A stretch of DNA of 63,724 nucleotides, filler included, from Kipferlia bialata (GCA_003568945.1; 6 parts of 6 records of this genome joined end to end with filler, not necessarily neighbours in it); one strand, 5' to 3'; numbered from the whole stretch's first letter, positions 27,309 through 40,869 are shown. The notes: generated from the sequence alone by a model not told the origin. Translations and numbers: made by a program.

Positions 27309-30300
27309 CTAGGCCCTGTGCGTGTGGCCGAGAAGGACCAGGAGGAACCAGCAAGTGGTGTGGGGTACATCGTAGGTACACACACTAATCTCTACGTATT
27401 ATGTGTATTATTTGATATTCAACGTAGTCGTCTAATGACTGCTATTGGTGTCTCACCCCCAGGTTATGACGATGGTACCCTCCTGGCCTTTGCCGTCACT
27501 GACCAGGGGCGTGTGTACACACACAACCTGACACCCCCGCTGTCACCAAGGCCACCCATCCCATCCACTCTGAGGTACCATATATATTCATATACACTAG
27601 TATTCACTATACATCTTAAACGATTGTCATATATATATTCATGCGTTTATGTTTGCTTTGCCCTGACCCTCAGGCTCCTAGAGTATGCCCAGCCCCTAGG
27701 CGGTGCCCCTGGTCGTAACCCATCCCTGGCCATCAGACACCGGATACTCTTCATAGGCAGTAGTACAAGCACGCCAGTTGTGTACAAACTGACAGGTATT
27801 GCCATGTAGGGGTATTGTGTATGTGTAGTATGTGAATTATCCTACTCACCCCCAGGTGATGATGTCCTGAGTCCTCTGCTGTCTGAGCTAGGCCTAGGGT
27901 TCTTGGCAGCTCCATTCAGGCAGTGTCTCGGACCAGTCCAGGTTTTTATTATACTACATTATGTACTCATATTCATATGTTTCATATACAAACACTAGTT
28001 TATTCCCTGTGTCGGTTTACTTTCCTGGCCTCACAGTGTAGGATGCCATTGTGTTCAGACCCCATGGTGAGGTGACAGACTTGATGGTCACAGTCAGTGG
28101 ACACGCTAGGTATAACTTCACATATATACTAACTATATATTTGTGAAATATATGGTTGTTGACTGTCTCTCCCTTACCCATAGGGATGGACTCCTTGCCA
28201 TCGGCATGCCCTGCTACCCCCTCAAATCATATACATTCATAGACTTATGTCTATCATTTGTGTAATAGTACTGAGTGACTTATCCTAGGGATGGTCTCCT
28301 AGCCATCGGCATGCCCTGCTACCCCCTGGAGCGACTCTCTGCCCCAGGCCCAGTCATCCCCACTCCCTCTCCATACATGAGATGCTTCGGACATGCCAAC
28401 GGCCAGTACCTGCTCCTCAGTGACAGGTGAGAGGCATTCACACTGTATATACTGTGTATACAGATATGTATTTGTATTAGACACTTATTGTGTATTCTTA
28501 CCATTGTGTGTCTAATATTCAGGGGTGCAGGCTACACCTCTGTGTTCCGGGTGGAGCAGATGGACACGGTCAGGTTCAGACCCATTGCACCCCACCACCT
28601 GACAGGACTCGACATGGAGCACGCAACACTCAAGGTATATTCATATATTGGTATATGTATATATATATGTGTGTGTGTGCGCGCGTATATATATATGTGT
28701 ATATACACGACTCGACTTGGAGCACACAACACTCAAGGTGAGCAATGTAAATATCAAATGTCTTCAAAACTTGGATAGAATATATCTTCTGTTGAGTTTG
28801 ATTGATATCACAATTCTGACCCCAGGTCGAGCCCGTCATTCTCAACACCGGCCACATGTGCTCATGCGATATGTCGGGACCAGGTATACATTCATGTTTT
28901 TGTCTTTTAATGCGGCCTTCTGACTTCTCTCCTCATGATATTTCTTGATCGATTGCACTGACAACCCAGGTCTTGCCAAGCACGCTGCCATGGAGAGAGA
29001 GAGGCTTAAGAAGGTACATATGAATACATTGTCATGTATTGTTGTGTGTTCTTACATATGTCTCAATCCAGGCCCGCCAGATGGCTGTGGACAGGGAGGG
29101 CAAGGAGCCAGACGCTGAGACCCTTGCTAAGCAGGATATGACCAAGCTACTAGTGCAGGTATGCTATATTATAGATATACATTTGAATTGTAATTATTGG
29201 GTCTGGTTGGTTTGCTGACTTCCAGGTGACCCACACCGAGATCAGGGTATTATGTAACGACCCCTTCAAGACTGGGCCCAACAAGGAGTTACCCGCTGGG
29301 TCCCTTGTCACCAAGTGGGTGGCACCACACACAAGCAGGTGGGACATGTACCAAATTAATACACTTACTGTTAGCAATCTTTCTCTAATAGAGTGTTCTT
29401 CTCACTCCAGAGGTCATCTGCTCCCATTGATGGGCGCCAGTGTTAGCAACACATTCATCGCAGTCTCAAGGGGAAGGAGGTTAGAAAATGAGTATTCATA
29501 AGTACCTACTATATTTCCTGCATCCTCAGTTGTTATAATTGGTTGTGTTACTGGGATATCTTACTGGCCCCAGGACCTTTCTGCTTCATGCCCATCGTAC
29601 TCAGTTTATGTATTCTCGTTTTGAACTCACGGTTAGGATCTTTCTGCTTGAGATGCGGGTAACCAAGAAGGACGATGATGGCAGCATGGGGGTGGACCTG
29701 TGCGTCAGAGCCAACTTCAAGACTACCAAGGTCACATACCAGTATTGCATTTGTAACATATATGTATATGTAGTGTGTATTCTCTCACCCCCAGGAGGTG
29801 TCGTGTCTGACTGTTGTGGCCGATGCCTCCAAGCCCATGAGGTCCGGGCAGCCAGTCCCAGAGGCATGTAGGTGAGGATGACTCTAAATGTACATTCTTC
29901 CCTGCATTGACTAATATTTTGTATATATTATTCCCATTATAGTAGCAAAGTATTGTGTGTTATGTCTTACTCCTCAGGTTCCCCGGTCTCCTCTTTGTCT
30001 CCACCTACTCTGGCCACCTCCACGTCCTGTCCCTGCCCCCACACTCCATGGCACTCGTGGATGAACTCGCATGCCCATACTGTCTAACGTAAGTTGTAAG
30101 CTATATTACGGTATATACTAGGTACTATCACTGCCTCCCCATTCCATGGCACTCGTGGATGAGCTGGCCTGTCCTTATTGCCTGACGTGAGTACCATTAT
30201 ATGTTCATAATTACTCTCTTCGCACACTGACACTGATGTTGTTGGAGGGTGACACACACTTAGAGGCAAACGTTATTCATTTGACTGCTGCTATATCATA

Positions 30301-33300
30301 TGTATGTTTGCGACCTATTCTAACCTCAGTGGTCTGCCCCTTCTGGGTCACTACCACCTTAGCGACAGAGCCACAAGCATCAGGTACATGCACATCTATA
30401 CATGTATCAATGGATCGTATGGATATTCTCTTTCCCACACACCAGGGTTGCCAGGCTTAGCCCCGCTGTCCCCTGCCCCTACCTCCTAGTCGGTCTGGCC
30501 TCTGGCACTGTGGTTGTATCTCAACTGCACATTGCTCTGACAGAGGATGCATGCGACCTCTTTGCACCCTTGAGAGTGCCGGTGGAGGTATATTATTATA
30601 GTATATATACTATGTAAATATTCCATACACTCATCTTGGTCCGATGTCTTTCTATATTTTACTGGATATGTTAACACCAGGGTGCATCTGCTGTCCAGAA
30701 GGCCCCCTTCCCTGGGATGGCCGTGGCAGACATTGAGTTACAGGAGACACAGGAAGTGACTCTAGGTATGACATATACCCTTGATTCTCTCTATCTCAGC
30801 ATTGTATTATATATATGTTGTGTGTGTCCACTGACCCCACAGGCACTGAGCCCGTCTCAATGTCCTTTGTATACCCTGTCTCCAGTGCAGATGTGTGTCC
30901 ACACGTCCTAGTCAGATCCTCAAGGTATGTACAATACAGGTGTAATATACACAAGCATATTCTCTACTTATACATCGTGTATCCCCTCCTTACCCCCCAG
31001 GTCTGCCTTCATCTTCTGTGACAACGAGTCCCTGTGCTGTGTGTGTCTTTCCACAACACCACCTGCCAGGATCACAGAGGCTACACCACTAGGTATATCC
31101 TATCATAATATTATATACAAGGTCTTGTGGTCAACACCACTATGTGTAACATATCATATTCCGAGGTGTATTGTTCAGTTCAGTTTCTCACTTCAGGTCT
31201 TGCCATTGATGAGTTGTACGAGACCCCGTCTGTGCAGCTGCTGAGAGACCCAGCCATTGGGCTGGGACCCGCCAACCCGGTCCCATCCATCGCAAGACCT
31301 AGGTAATTCACTGCATACATATTACGATTATAAGGATTTATATATGTATGCAGTGGTCGTACGTCCCCTCTGACCCACAGGACTGAGCGTATGGGCAGTC
31401 TCCACCTAGACCCCCTCGTGGTGATTGTTGACCAGCCAATCCACTCCCGGTATGTAGTATTCCATTATATATTTATACTGTTATGTTATATTTTTTATTC
31501 CAGTGCAGTTACTACATGCAATATGCTAACTTCCAGTGATGTTGCCGGTGTCCACGATGCAGTCAGGGACCAGTCCCAGCCAGAGTACAGGTATCATTTA
31601 CAATCTTCTCTGAGGTTTAGATCTAACTCATTATATATATCTCTCTGACCCCCAGACTGTACCTGGTGGCCCCCAAGCTAGAGTACTCCATTGCCTGGGA
31701 GTCTGTGCTGCTCAAGAGAACACCAGTCTCAGTCACATACAGGTACATGGAGTCTATATCACGTTACCAATACTGAATGCCACTCCATGAGCCTTTTGGT
31801 TCTTACTAGTTCTAGATACTAACTCCCAGTGAGCCCCTTGGATGCCTCGCTGTCTTGACAGAGCACTACGTCACAAAGCAGCAGATCAGGTATTATGAAC
31901 TAGAAGTACTGTTCACGTTCATGTATAGCTGTATCCCTTCGTCTTCTTTGATATATATATTCAGATTTACATGTCAGGTTTGTAGACTATGAGACCATGC
32001 GTGTCGTGCATGAGCTGAGACTGCCAACTGGTCTCACCTGCGCTGTGTTCAAGATTCTACCCATTGGGGGGTCTCTGATCCTGGTGGCTTCACTGTACAG
32101 TCAGGTTAATATATGTAATAACTAATATCTCTGTGTCTTTACAGTATTCTGAATACTGTAATATTGCTCGTACACATTGCCATTGTACATAATGTATAGT
32201 GTGTACTACTATACCTTACCCCCAGGCCGCCTTTGCCGTTGAGATGGACGATGTGCCCGACCCAAGACTGGCGTTCTACTCGGTCAAGGAGGCCATTTCG
32301 ATGCCGGGGGAGATAAGGGCACTCAATGTGAGTATGGGCAGTACATATATGAATTCATACCGCACTGTATTGTCTATCAATGTCCATGTATATCGATTTC
32401 GGATTAACCCTAACCCCAGGTTGCCCACATTGGAGTTGAGACCCTCTCTCAGCCCTGTCTGTCAATGTCCATGCACCCAAAGGGTATGGTGTTCTACAAT
32501 ACATATGTTGGATGTAATATATATATGTATTTCTGTGTGTGTATAAGATTTTATTGTTATCTCACCCCTCAGGCTATGCCGAGCGCCTTGCCTCCCAGAG
32601 AAGCATGTCCACACTCAAGCCATCAGCCAAGTGAGTGGCACATACATGCATATACAGAGTCTCTACTGCAGTGTTGCGTGTATGTAACTGTTGTGTGTAT
32701 GTTCTTATCAACCCATCTTACCCCCAGGGACAGTGCCGTCGTGGCTGCAGCTGTGGGTAGCAGTGTGGTGGAGATCCAGGTACCCAAACACAATCAGTAT
32801 CCTCTTGCCACTATCTTGTCAGTACATATGCACTCTTTGGTATTCTAACCCCATTAGTTCTTATACCTAACACAATCCACATGCTCTCTAACCCCTTCAG
32901 TTCCACGGCACCGAGAACCCTCCCTTCCTGATCCACTCCTCTGCCAGCACTGCACCCTCAGTGTCACAGAGCGTCGTGTCACCCACACAGGTTAGTTAGT
33001 CTTCATATACTGAACACAAATGAGACACCGTGCATATTCAGTATACTTTATTATGTGGCTGTATATCTCACCCCCAGCTTGGCATCTCCTCTGGACCCCA
33101 GTTTGGCTCTCTCTCTGACGACAACCTGTCTGTGTCTGATGATGACTTGGAGGCAGTGTCAGGTGATGCGCTGCTGCCAGTCTTTGGACAGAACGGAAGG
33201 TGAATATGTATATCTCTCACTCTCTATGAATCTCTTCCGTGATCCTACAGCGAGTGTGTGTAATTATTGTGTTCCATCATATAACTCTGGTACGTATAAG

Positions 33301-34866
33301 TATGTTTGTCCCTGTCTTACAAGTCAGGGGTGCCCAGCTGTCTGCCTTTGAGTTGAACCCTGACACAGCCGGGGATGTGCCAGTACCAGCTGGACTGCCC
33401 GCCATCGGTGAGTGGATATATATATATGTGTGTGAACACATACCTTGTTACTGGGTCTATTCTGAACCCCATTGAGAACTCTATGAACTGCGATTGTGTT
33501 CAATGACAACACAGTATCTGACCCCCAGGCAGCGTATGGTCCTTCTCCTCTCTTCAGACCCTCCTAGCCATGGCAGTGGCCAAGCAACCATCCGTCATGA
33601 GCTCATACGTCAGTCCTCCCAAGGTATACCTTTTGGATCCTATATATGTATTCTATTCTATTAGGTATTCTTCTCATATCTTCCTAATTCAGCTCAACAA
33701 CACCCGCCACCCCTTTGCGGGTACATCCATGACATCTGCCCTGATAGGGTCGTTAGACGACCAGGAGTGCGAGACACTGGATGAGGGTAGCAAGGTATAC
33801 CACACTATACACAGTGTATCTTTATATGTACATCAGTGAGTCTCATTCCTATGATGTATGTGTATGTAGTCTTCCCTCACCCTAGGTGTACCTTACTAAC
33901 CGTGGTGCTGTTGAGTCCCCGACTGGCAGGGTCAACATGCAGCTGTGTGCAGGGCAGCCAACATACATCAAGAACATCAAGGCAAGACACACATTAGATA
34001 CATACTAACAGTATTGACTTGTATGAATATGGTATATATGTATACCCCTCTAACCCCAGGCCCTGGCCGATGTCCTCAAGTCCAAGGAGTCAACCAGAGA
34101 GGACCTATTCTTCCCAGTCAACGACGGTACGCACTCTCCGTACTAGGCCTAGTATCCCTACTTCAGCTATTTCCTTGATTCGGAATAGTTGTTCAATTCC
34201 AGTAATTCAGGCTTGGTCTCTTACTCCAGGCACCTGTGTGCTAGGCGTTGAGAGTGGCGGCGGTGTCTCCCTGTACCAGAGGGTGATGGACGGGAGTGGC
34301 GAGTGGTCCCTCAAGCTGATAGCAGCCGATGTGCACCACGTGGCCCCTGACCCCAAGAACGCACTCTACCTGCCGATGAAGTATGCAGTCGTGGTGGATC
34401 ACAGCGGGGCATTCAGACTCTTAGGTATACATTATATTGATACTAATATACATATATGTCTTATTGTTACTATAATTCTTTTGTGTATATCATGTTAGAG
34501 TATTAAGACTTAGAGTATTTAATTGTTCACATTCAGGTGTGGGTGAGAGCACCATTGATGTCGCCCTGAGGGGCAGGGACGAGACCGAGGAGAGCATCCC
34601 CCTGCACCCCTTTGAACTGGTGGCAGAGTGCAGGCTCAAGCACAACCTCAACGTCATTAGGTGGGGTGTTAGGCATTGTTTTGTTAATTCTATATAATTA
34701 TAGGTACACGTGTAGAGGGGATAGACACGTGTCTGGTTGCATTATGAGGATATATGGATATTCTTACCCCCAGGCAGATCAGACCCCAGCTTGTGTTCAG
34801 AGATGCCCCACTCACAAAGACACAGCCGGCAGGTATATATATATATATAGAGAGAGAGAGATATAA

Positions 34867-34897
<31 letters not shown>

Positions 34898-35480
34898 TGC
34901 CCCACTCACAAAGACACAGCCGGCAGGTGGATGCATATATCTATATGTATATAACAGTATTGTATAACAATATACATATCCGATAAGGCTCTGACCAATG
35001 ACACAGCCGGCAGGTGGGTGGATACATAAATACACTATGTACATATATATATTTGTATACCTACATTTATACAATATGTACATTTATACATGTATGCATA
35101 TACATGTCTACATATATTTCTTTCTATTCTCTTACCCCCAGCCCAGTCGACCCTGTCCTCCCCCTCAGTCTCCACCCGTCCTCTGCTCCACCCCTTTGGC
35201 CCACCTCCCACATCTCCCAACGGGTCTGCCAGGCCCACACCCATCACAGTGGTGGGATTCAGCGATGCAGGAGCCGTGGTTATCTTCTGCCCAGTGCACT
35301 CTAGGCACTACACGCTGCTGAACCACCTCCAGACGTCAATGTCCAACCACATCAAGTACGAATACATTAAGTATATTCGATACATTAGTGTTGTATGTAT
35401 CGCTATCTCTTACTAACCCTAGGCTCCAGCAGCATACATCCAATGCAGTCGGTTCCTGGGCTCACCCCTCATGTTGGGAG
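27309..35480 (+). CDS. DDB1/CPSF160/SF3B3-family triple beta-propeller protein, most like DDB1 (partial, about 40 exons)
   Basis: LFIGSSTSTPVVYKL and CLGPVQDAIV...VTVSGHARDGLLAI match the MMS1_N region; GAVVIFCPVHSRHYTLLNHLQTSM...NAVGSWAHPSCW matches the CPSF_A C-terminal region. The final IDGD segment is not seen. Confidence 0.65.
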
Positions 35481-35680
35481 GTAGGACACCATTCCATATA
35501 CTATCGTCTCCCCCCCCCCCCCCCCCCCCCCCCCCCCCTTTTTTTTTTTTTTCCACCCCCCCCCCCCCCCCCCCCTTTTTCCCCCCCCCCCCCCCCCCGT
35601 AATTTCTATATCGTTCTCCATTACCAAACATCTCACTACTCTATATGATGTGTATTTTGTCATTTTTCAATCCACAACAG

Positions 35681-38437
35681 CCAGATTGCATTTTTCGGAT
35701 TCCAGTTTGTATGAGCTTAGTGATGATGTTGAACCATATAGGTACACTGTCCTTCCCACCAGAAGACTCTCTCTCTCTCTCTTTCTCTAGAAGCTGTGCC
35801 TTGTCTAACTTCCAGCCAAGTGCATCTCCTCCGAGTCCCATATCTCCTGAGTATATATACATTTCCATAACTCTCTCCATATATTGTAGAAGACACCTGT
35901 TTCCGTTATGTCTGTACTGCATCTTATTCCCAGCCAAGTGCATCTCCTCCGAGTCCCAGGTCGCCCAGCTCTACTCTGCCATCCACCTAGGTGACACAGA
36001 TGGAGCCCTGGAGAGTGTGGCTGGGATACTCAAGACAGTCAAGGCAGAGGAGGTGGGTGATATAGTATTGTGTATACATTAATATGTATACACTGCACTT
36101 GGGATATATCTGGAACTTGAGGTGTTCGAATGCACCTGAGGTGATTTGTATACTTGAAGTGCCGATAACACTACAAGTGTTATTGTATATTTGCACCTGA
36201 GCTGTATATTGAAGTTGAGGTGTTGGATGCACCTGAAGTGATGTATATACATGAAGTGTCGACAACACCTAAAGTTCCGTCGCCACCTGAGGGGTGAACG
36301 GAACTTGAGGTGTTGACTGTACCACATAACTGTTATTGTATTTATGATGGATGTTCTAACCCCCAAGTGCCTAGAAGTGGCTACCAACGTGTTTGCACGG
36401 GACTGCGACCCAACACAAGGTATACTTGTATGCTTCATTATATGTATTGTATGTATGTTTATGTATTCCTCGCTGCTGGATGAGACGTCGATGTAGTATA
36501 AGTGTAGTAGGCCATTGTGTCTCACCCACAGCATTTGTCTCTGAGGTTCTGGAGAGTCTTGACTGTGAGCCCACACTCCTCACCAGTGCCCAGCAGGTAT
36601 GTATGTGTTATACACATACACATTTTGTATATTGGAATATATATTCCTTTTCCTCAAGTGAATTTGAGTTTGTATATTAATCATATATTGTTGACTCGTT
36701 TGACAATCTCTACCCCTCAGGTTAACCAGTGGTGCTCTGATGCCACACACGGACATATTACAGAGATACTCCAGAGTCTACCCAAGGATGTATTCTCAGT
36801 CCTCATCTCTGGTATGTAGATAGTGGCACAAATAGTAATCAGTGTCACTACGTATTCCTAACCCTTAGCCGTGTACTTCGAGGCAGAGTGGGAAGTCCCA
36901 TTTTCCAGGTCTTACACCGGCAGAGGCTTGTTCACACAGTTCAATGGAAAGGTATGTGTAATAGAGGTTATTGTGCAGTGTCTCTACTTCTGTTGGTTCT
37001 GTTCCCAAGAGTCAGTACACATGTTGGTTGATGATTAGATAGAGTATATTAGTAGGGTTCAGATGTCTTTTTTCACCCTAGGCCCGCACCATATACATGA
37101 TGCATAAAGGGCACACACAGATGACCTACAAGCACAGTGACGGGATGCAGCTGGTCTCTCTCCCATACCGCAACTCCGACGTCAGAGCTGTCATTGCACT
37201 CCCAGACCAGAAGGTAGAGACTACATGTAGATATATCTATTATACCTATCATTAATTGGTGTATATTTATTATTGTTTATCTGTAGTCAGCAGGGATGTG
37301 TGGATTTGTCATAGACCCAATCCCTCTACGATACCACTAATATCTAGGGCCGCAGTGCTTTTGCAAAGGCAGGCCGCATCCTGGTAAGACCCGGTTACAC
37401 GTCAGAGGGCACCCGGACAGCTGAGGTGAGTGACGGGCCTCTTACATACACAAGAGTGTGTCGTTGGTTCATGCTCTATTCATGCTCTATTCATGCTCCT
37501 TGCTTATACAGGTCACCTTCGCTCTGCCTCGATTCTCTATGGAGAGTGAGCATGATCTACTCGACATGCTGAAGGTAAGGACACATACACTAACGCAACT
37601 GTGACTGCCTTTTGCTAGTGTTTTGTTTCATAACTCATTATAAGTCTCATCATGATCTAGCAGTATATCGCATTGAAGCTATTGACCCAGAGACATAGTG
37701 AGATTGAGAAAGTATTCAGTTTTCGCTTGCCATGCATCCACCTGTAACCGTAGGAGATGGGTGTCCCCACGGATCTTCTTGACTGCTCCACCACACTCAG
37801 GTGCCGTCTCAACACGATGAAGGTGTCTGGGGTGACACAGAAGGCCACTCTCACAGGTGGGTTGTATTGGAGGGTTGCAGGAATTTGTTTAGAGTGTATA
37901 CTGTGTATCTCCAATGAATATATATATCATGAACATCGTATCTGGATCATGGGTTGTGGGACACCTGTATCTATTGTTCTACACTGACCTGCAGTCACTG
38001 AGAAGGGCACTATTGCCTCCGCCGCTACCGCTATACTCCAGATTGGAGGTGGAGGTCCTCCTCCGCCACCTGAGGCCACGGTATGTGTGATGATAATGAA
38101 TACATGTGATATTGGATATCTGTCTGACTCTGAGGTATATTAGAAGATACTGAGATCAATTAGCATATTTGGATATCTATCAGGGAAACTGTACTGACCC
38201 CCAGGTGATCTGCGACCGTCCCTTCTGGTTCATGCTGTATCTGGGTGACACTCTGCTCTTCAAGGTATCTCGCAAATCACGGGAAATATATAACAATTGT
38301 GTAAATTGGCGTGGTGCTATAGTGGTTACAGTGCTAATTCCCACTTATCATCACCCTAGGCAGCCAAGTGCACTGCACCAAAAGGGGTGGAGAAGCAGAT
38401 GGCCGATGCCTATCGTCACATGTATGGCCTTCACTGA
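35681..38437 (+). CDS. Serpin with inhibitory-type hinge (about 13 exons, N-terminus unclear)
   Basis: Spliced motifs AQQVNQWCSDATHGHITEIL, VLISAVYFEAEWEVPF, QLVSLPY, LPRFSMESEHDLLDMLKEMGV, VTEKGTIASAAT and CDRPFWFML..LLF are the serpin signatures. Confidence 0.9.
36113..36315. repeat. Intronic compound repeat: two ~58-bp direct copies plus an 18-bp hairpin
   Basis: GAACTTGAGGTGTTCGAATGCACCTGAGGTGAT.. at 36113 vs GAAGTTGAGGTGTTGGATGCACCTGAAGTGAT.. at 36211; inverted arms 36263-36280 and 36298-36315 (one mismatch). Confidence 0.8.
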
Positions 38438-39914
38438 TTGAGACAAGTCAGCAAGAAGCCCACTTGAAACCTGTGAAGACAACCTGAAACAAAGCGTCCA
38501 TGATGAGTCACAGGAAATATAAATTATGTTAACGGATAGTCCACGCAATTAAAGGAAGAATCAGTTTCATATATCCAGGGAGAACATAAGTGGGAAATTG
38601 CTCTCGGGGTACGAGTCGAATTCACTTAAGTGTGTCTGTCAGAAGTTTCTGCCATTTCTCACCTGATGTCCGCCCGCTACTGTTTCACTATCTTCCAGTG
38701 TATATATTCTCTGTGTAGGTTCATAATATCCCCAGTCACTCTCATAAGTCTTATGAGAGTCTTATGAGTCATAAGAGCCCTATATTCAGTTTTTCTCAAA
38801 ACCGGTCTCAGCCGGAGGCCACTATACTACTAGTATCATACTAGTATCATACTAGTATAATACTAGTATGATATAGACTATATCAAATTGATACCATATC
38901 AGATATAGTATCACTTTGATGTGTCTGCGTCAAAGATAGCAGCCAGTAATTCTATGAGCTTCATATGCTTCTCAATGAAGTTCATAGAGCGAATGCAGCG
39001 AGTGGAAATCGCTAGCGAATTGTCAGAATGAAACGAATGCCCTGCATTGTATGGTATTGACGCAATTAGAATCTCACTATTAGAATGACATACGCCATTA
39101 TCACAGACGTTGTTTTGTTGTCTAATCTACTGTCAACTGGTTCACGGAAGTCTTTCATCGGAAGTGGATCTCAAGTGGAACCGCGATACAAACTCTCCCT
39201 CTAGAATATGTCGTGCATTTGCCCATCCTCGGGGTCATAGTCTATGTTGTACATTCTATCCTCCTCTTCAAGCGCCTCTCTGGCGTCCCGTCTCGCATTC
39301 CACTTAGCAACCCCTCTCTCCATCCTAAAGTCATTGCCAGCTACAGCCCAATTCAGAGTGTCATCTGGGTATTGTGCCACTCCGTCGAAGCGAAGGGAGA
39401 CGAGGAGGCTCTCATTCCTCGCATACCCTTTATACAGACACTCTGCCAGGCCCAGTTGTGTGATCTCGTCTTGTGATACAAGTATCTCAGGCTCTAGAAT
39501 ATACTCAGTCAGAGGTGGATTGGTGCCAAATAGGCCTTCAAGGTATCTCTTTGGGTAGCTCTGAGGTATGTTGTCAGACCCAATAGGAGACAGGTTACCA
39601 ATGTATCTGGAGTCAAGTGGCCCACGTGAAGTGGGTTGTCTCTCAAAACCTTATGTATTCTAGAGTATAATTGTGGAAGTCTAGTTACCAATACTCACGG
39701 TCTGGGGAAATCTATGTACAGTAACTGACATAGTTTCGTATGTGCCTGTTTCCTAAGGACACCGTATCCAGAGCCCATATCATACTATTTCTGACCAGCA
39801 CGATGTCGCGACCACACACCTAGCTGTCAGGGTTGATACTTACTGCTTGACTGTCGACGTTCCATGTGGCAATGAGTAGGTCAACGATATAATGATAAAT
39901 GAATACCAAGACTA

Positions 39915-40716
39915 CTACAATGGAGTAACTACATCAACACCAAATACCTGTAGGACGATGCTTCCTCTGTAGTACTCCTCTAGAGCAGGGAGTGCTACTT
40001 CCCATACGCCTCTGCTCGAGAGTGAGTACAGGCACATTCCAGTCCCCTGCCCGAAGGTGTCATCTCTCACCATCATGTAGATACTATCTCCCACCACTGC
40101 AGACCACTCTGGGTTTCTGAACCCAGTGGGGGAGTCTCGTAAGTCTCTAAGGTTCTCAGTGAGAGGGTCAAAGCCAAAGAACCGGTAGTGCGTTCGGTAT
40201 GTGTGGCGTGGCTCGCTCCCGACGGCGATGATCAGCTCGTCACCAAGGGCAAACACTCTGCGAGTGCTTTCACGGGGTCTGGCACCCAGCACACTCTCTT
40301 GCAATACCTGAGCGGAAGACTGGTGCTTGTTAATGTGCAGAGAGTTGCTGCCGCGGCGAGCTCCCTCCAGAGAGTCCAGCCACGCCCTTGTATAAAACCT
40401 GTCACTCTGGTGGGACTCGATCCAATCATGGCCGACTAGAGGTGTGTAGTCTAGGGATACTGTGGACCAGGAGCGTGTTGACAAGTCCAGGGTGTGGATG
40501 TACCCACAGTCCAGGACTGGGGAGCTTGAGCAAATGCACACATAGTTGCCAACCCTCGACATAGTTGCAGAATCGAAACAGGTATTGGGATCTGGGTGAC
40601 CTCCTGGGAACTCGTCGTCAGGTAGGAGTGGAGAAGGGTACATCTGGAGTATTCCTCTCTTAGCGAAGTCAGAGGCTGCATCGGCACGGGTAAAGTACTC
40701 ACACATAGTAGAGGTG
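39915..40716 (-). CDS. Kelch-like beta-propeller protein (partial)
   Basis: 263-aa ORF with MSRVGNYVCI, HTLDLSTRSWSTV, FALGDELII, FGFDPLTENL, SAVVGDSIYM, YSLSSRGVWE. Confidence 0.6.
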
Positions 40717-40823
40717 NNNNNNNNNNNNNNNNNNNNNNNNNNNNNNNNNNNNNNNNNNNNTTAATTAATTAANNNNNNNNNNNNNNNNNNNNNNNNNNNN
40801 NNNNNNNNNNNNNNNNGGGGGAG

Positions 40824-40869
<46 letters not shown>

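Noticed and set aside
38440..39900. Intact transposon or transposase in the long intergenic regions (also 40817-41900, 54409-55400)
   Set aside because: No terminal inverted repeats with target duplications and no transposase-like ORF could be found by eye.
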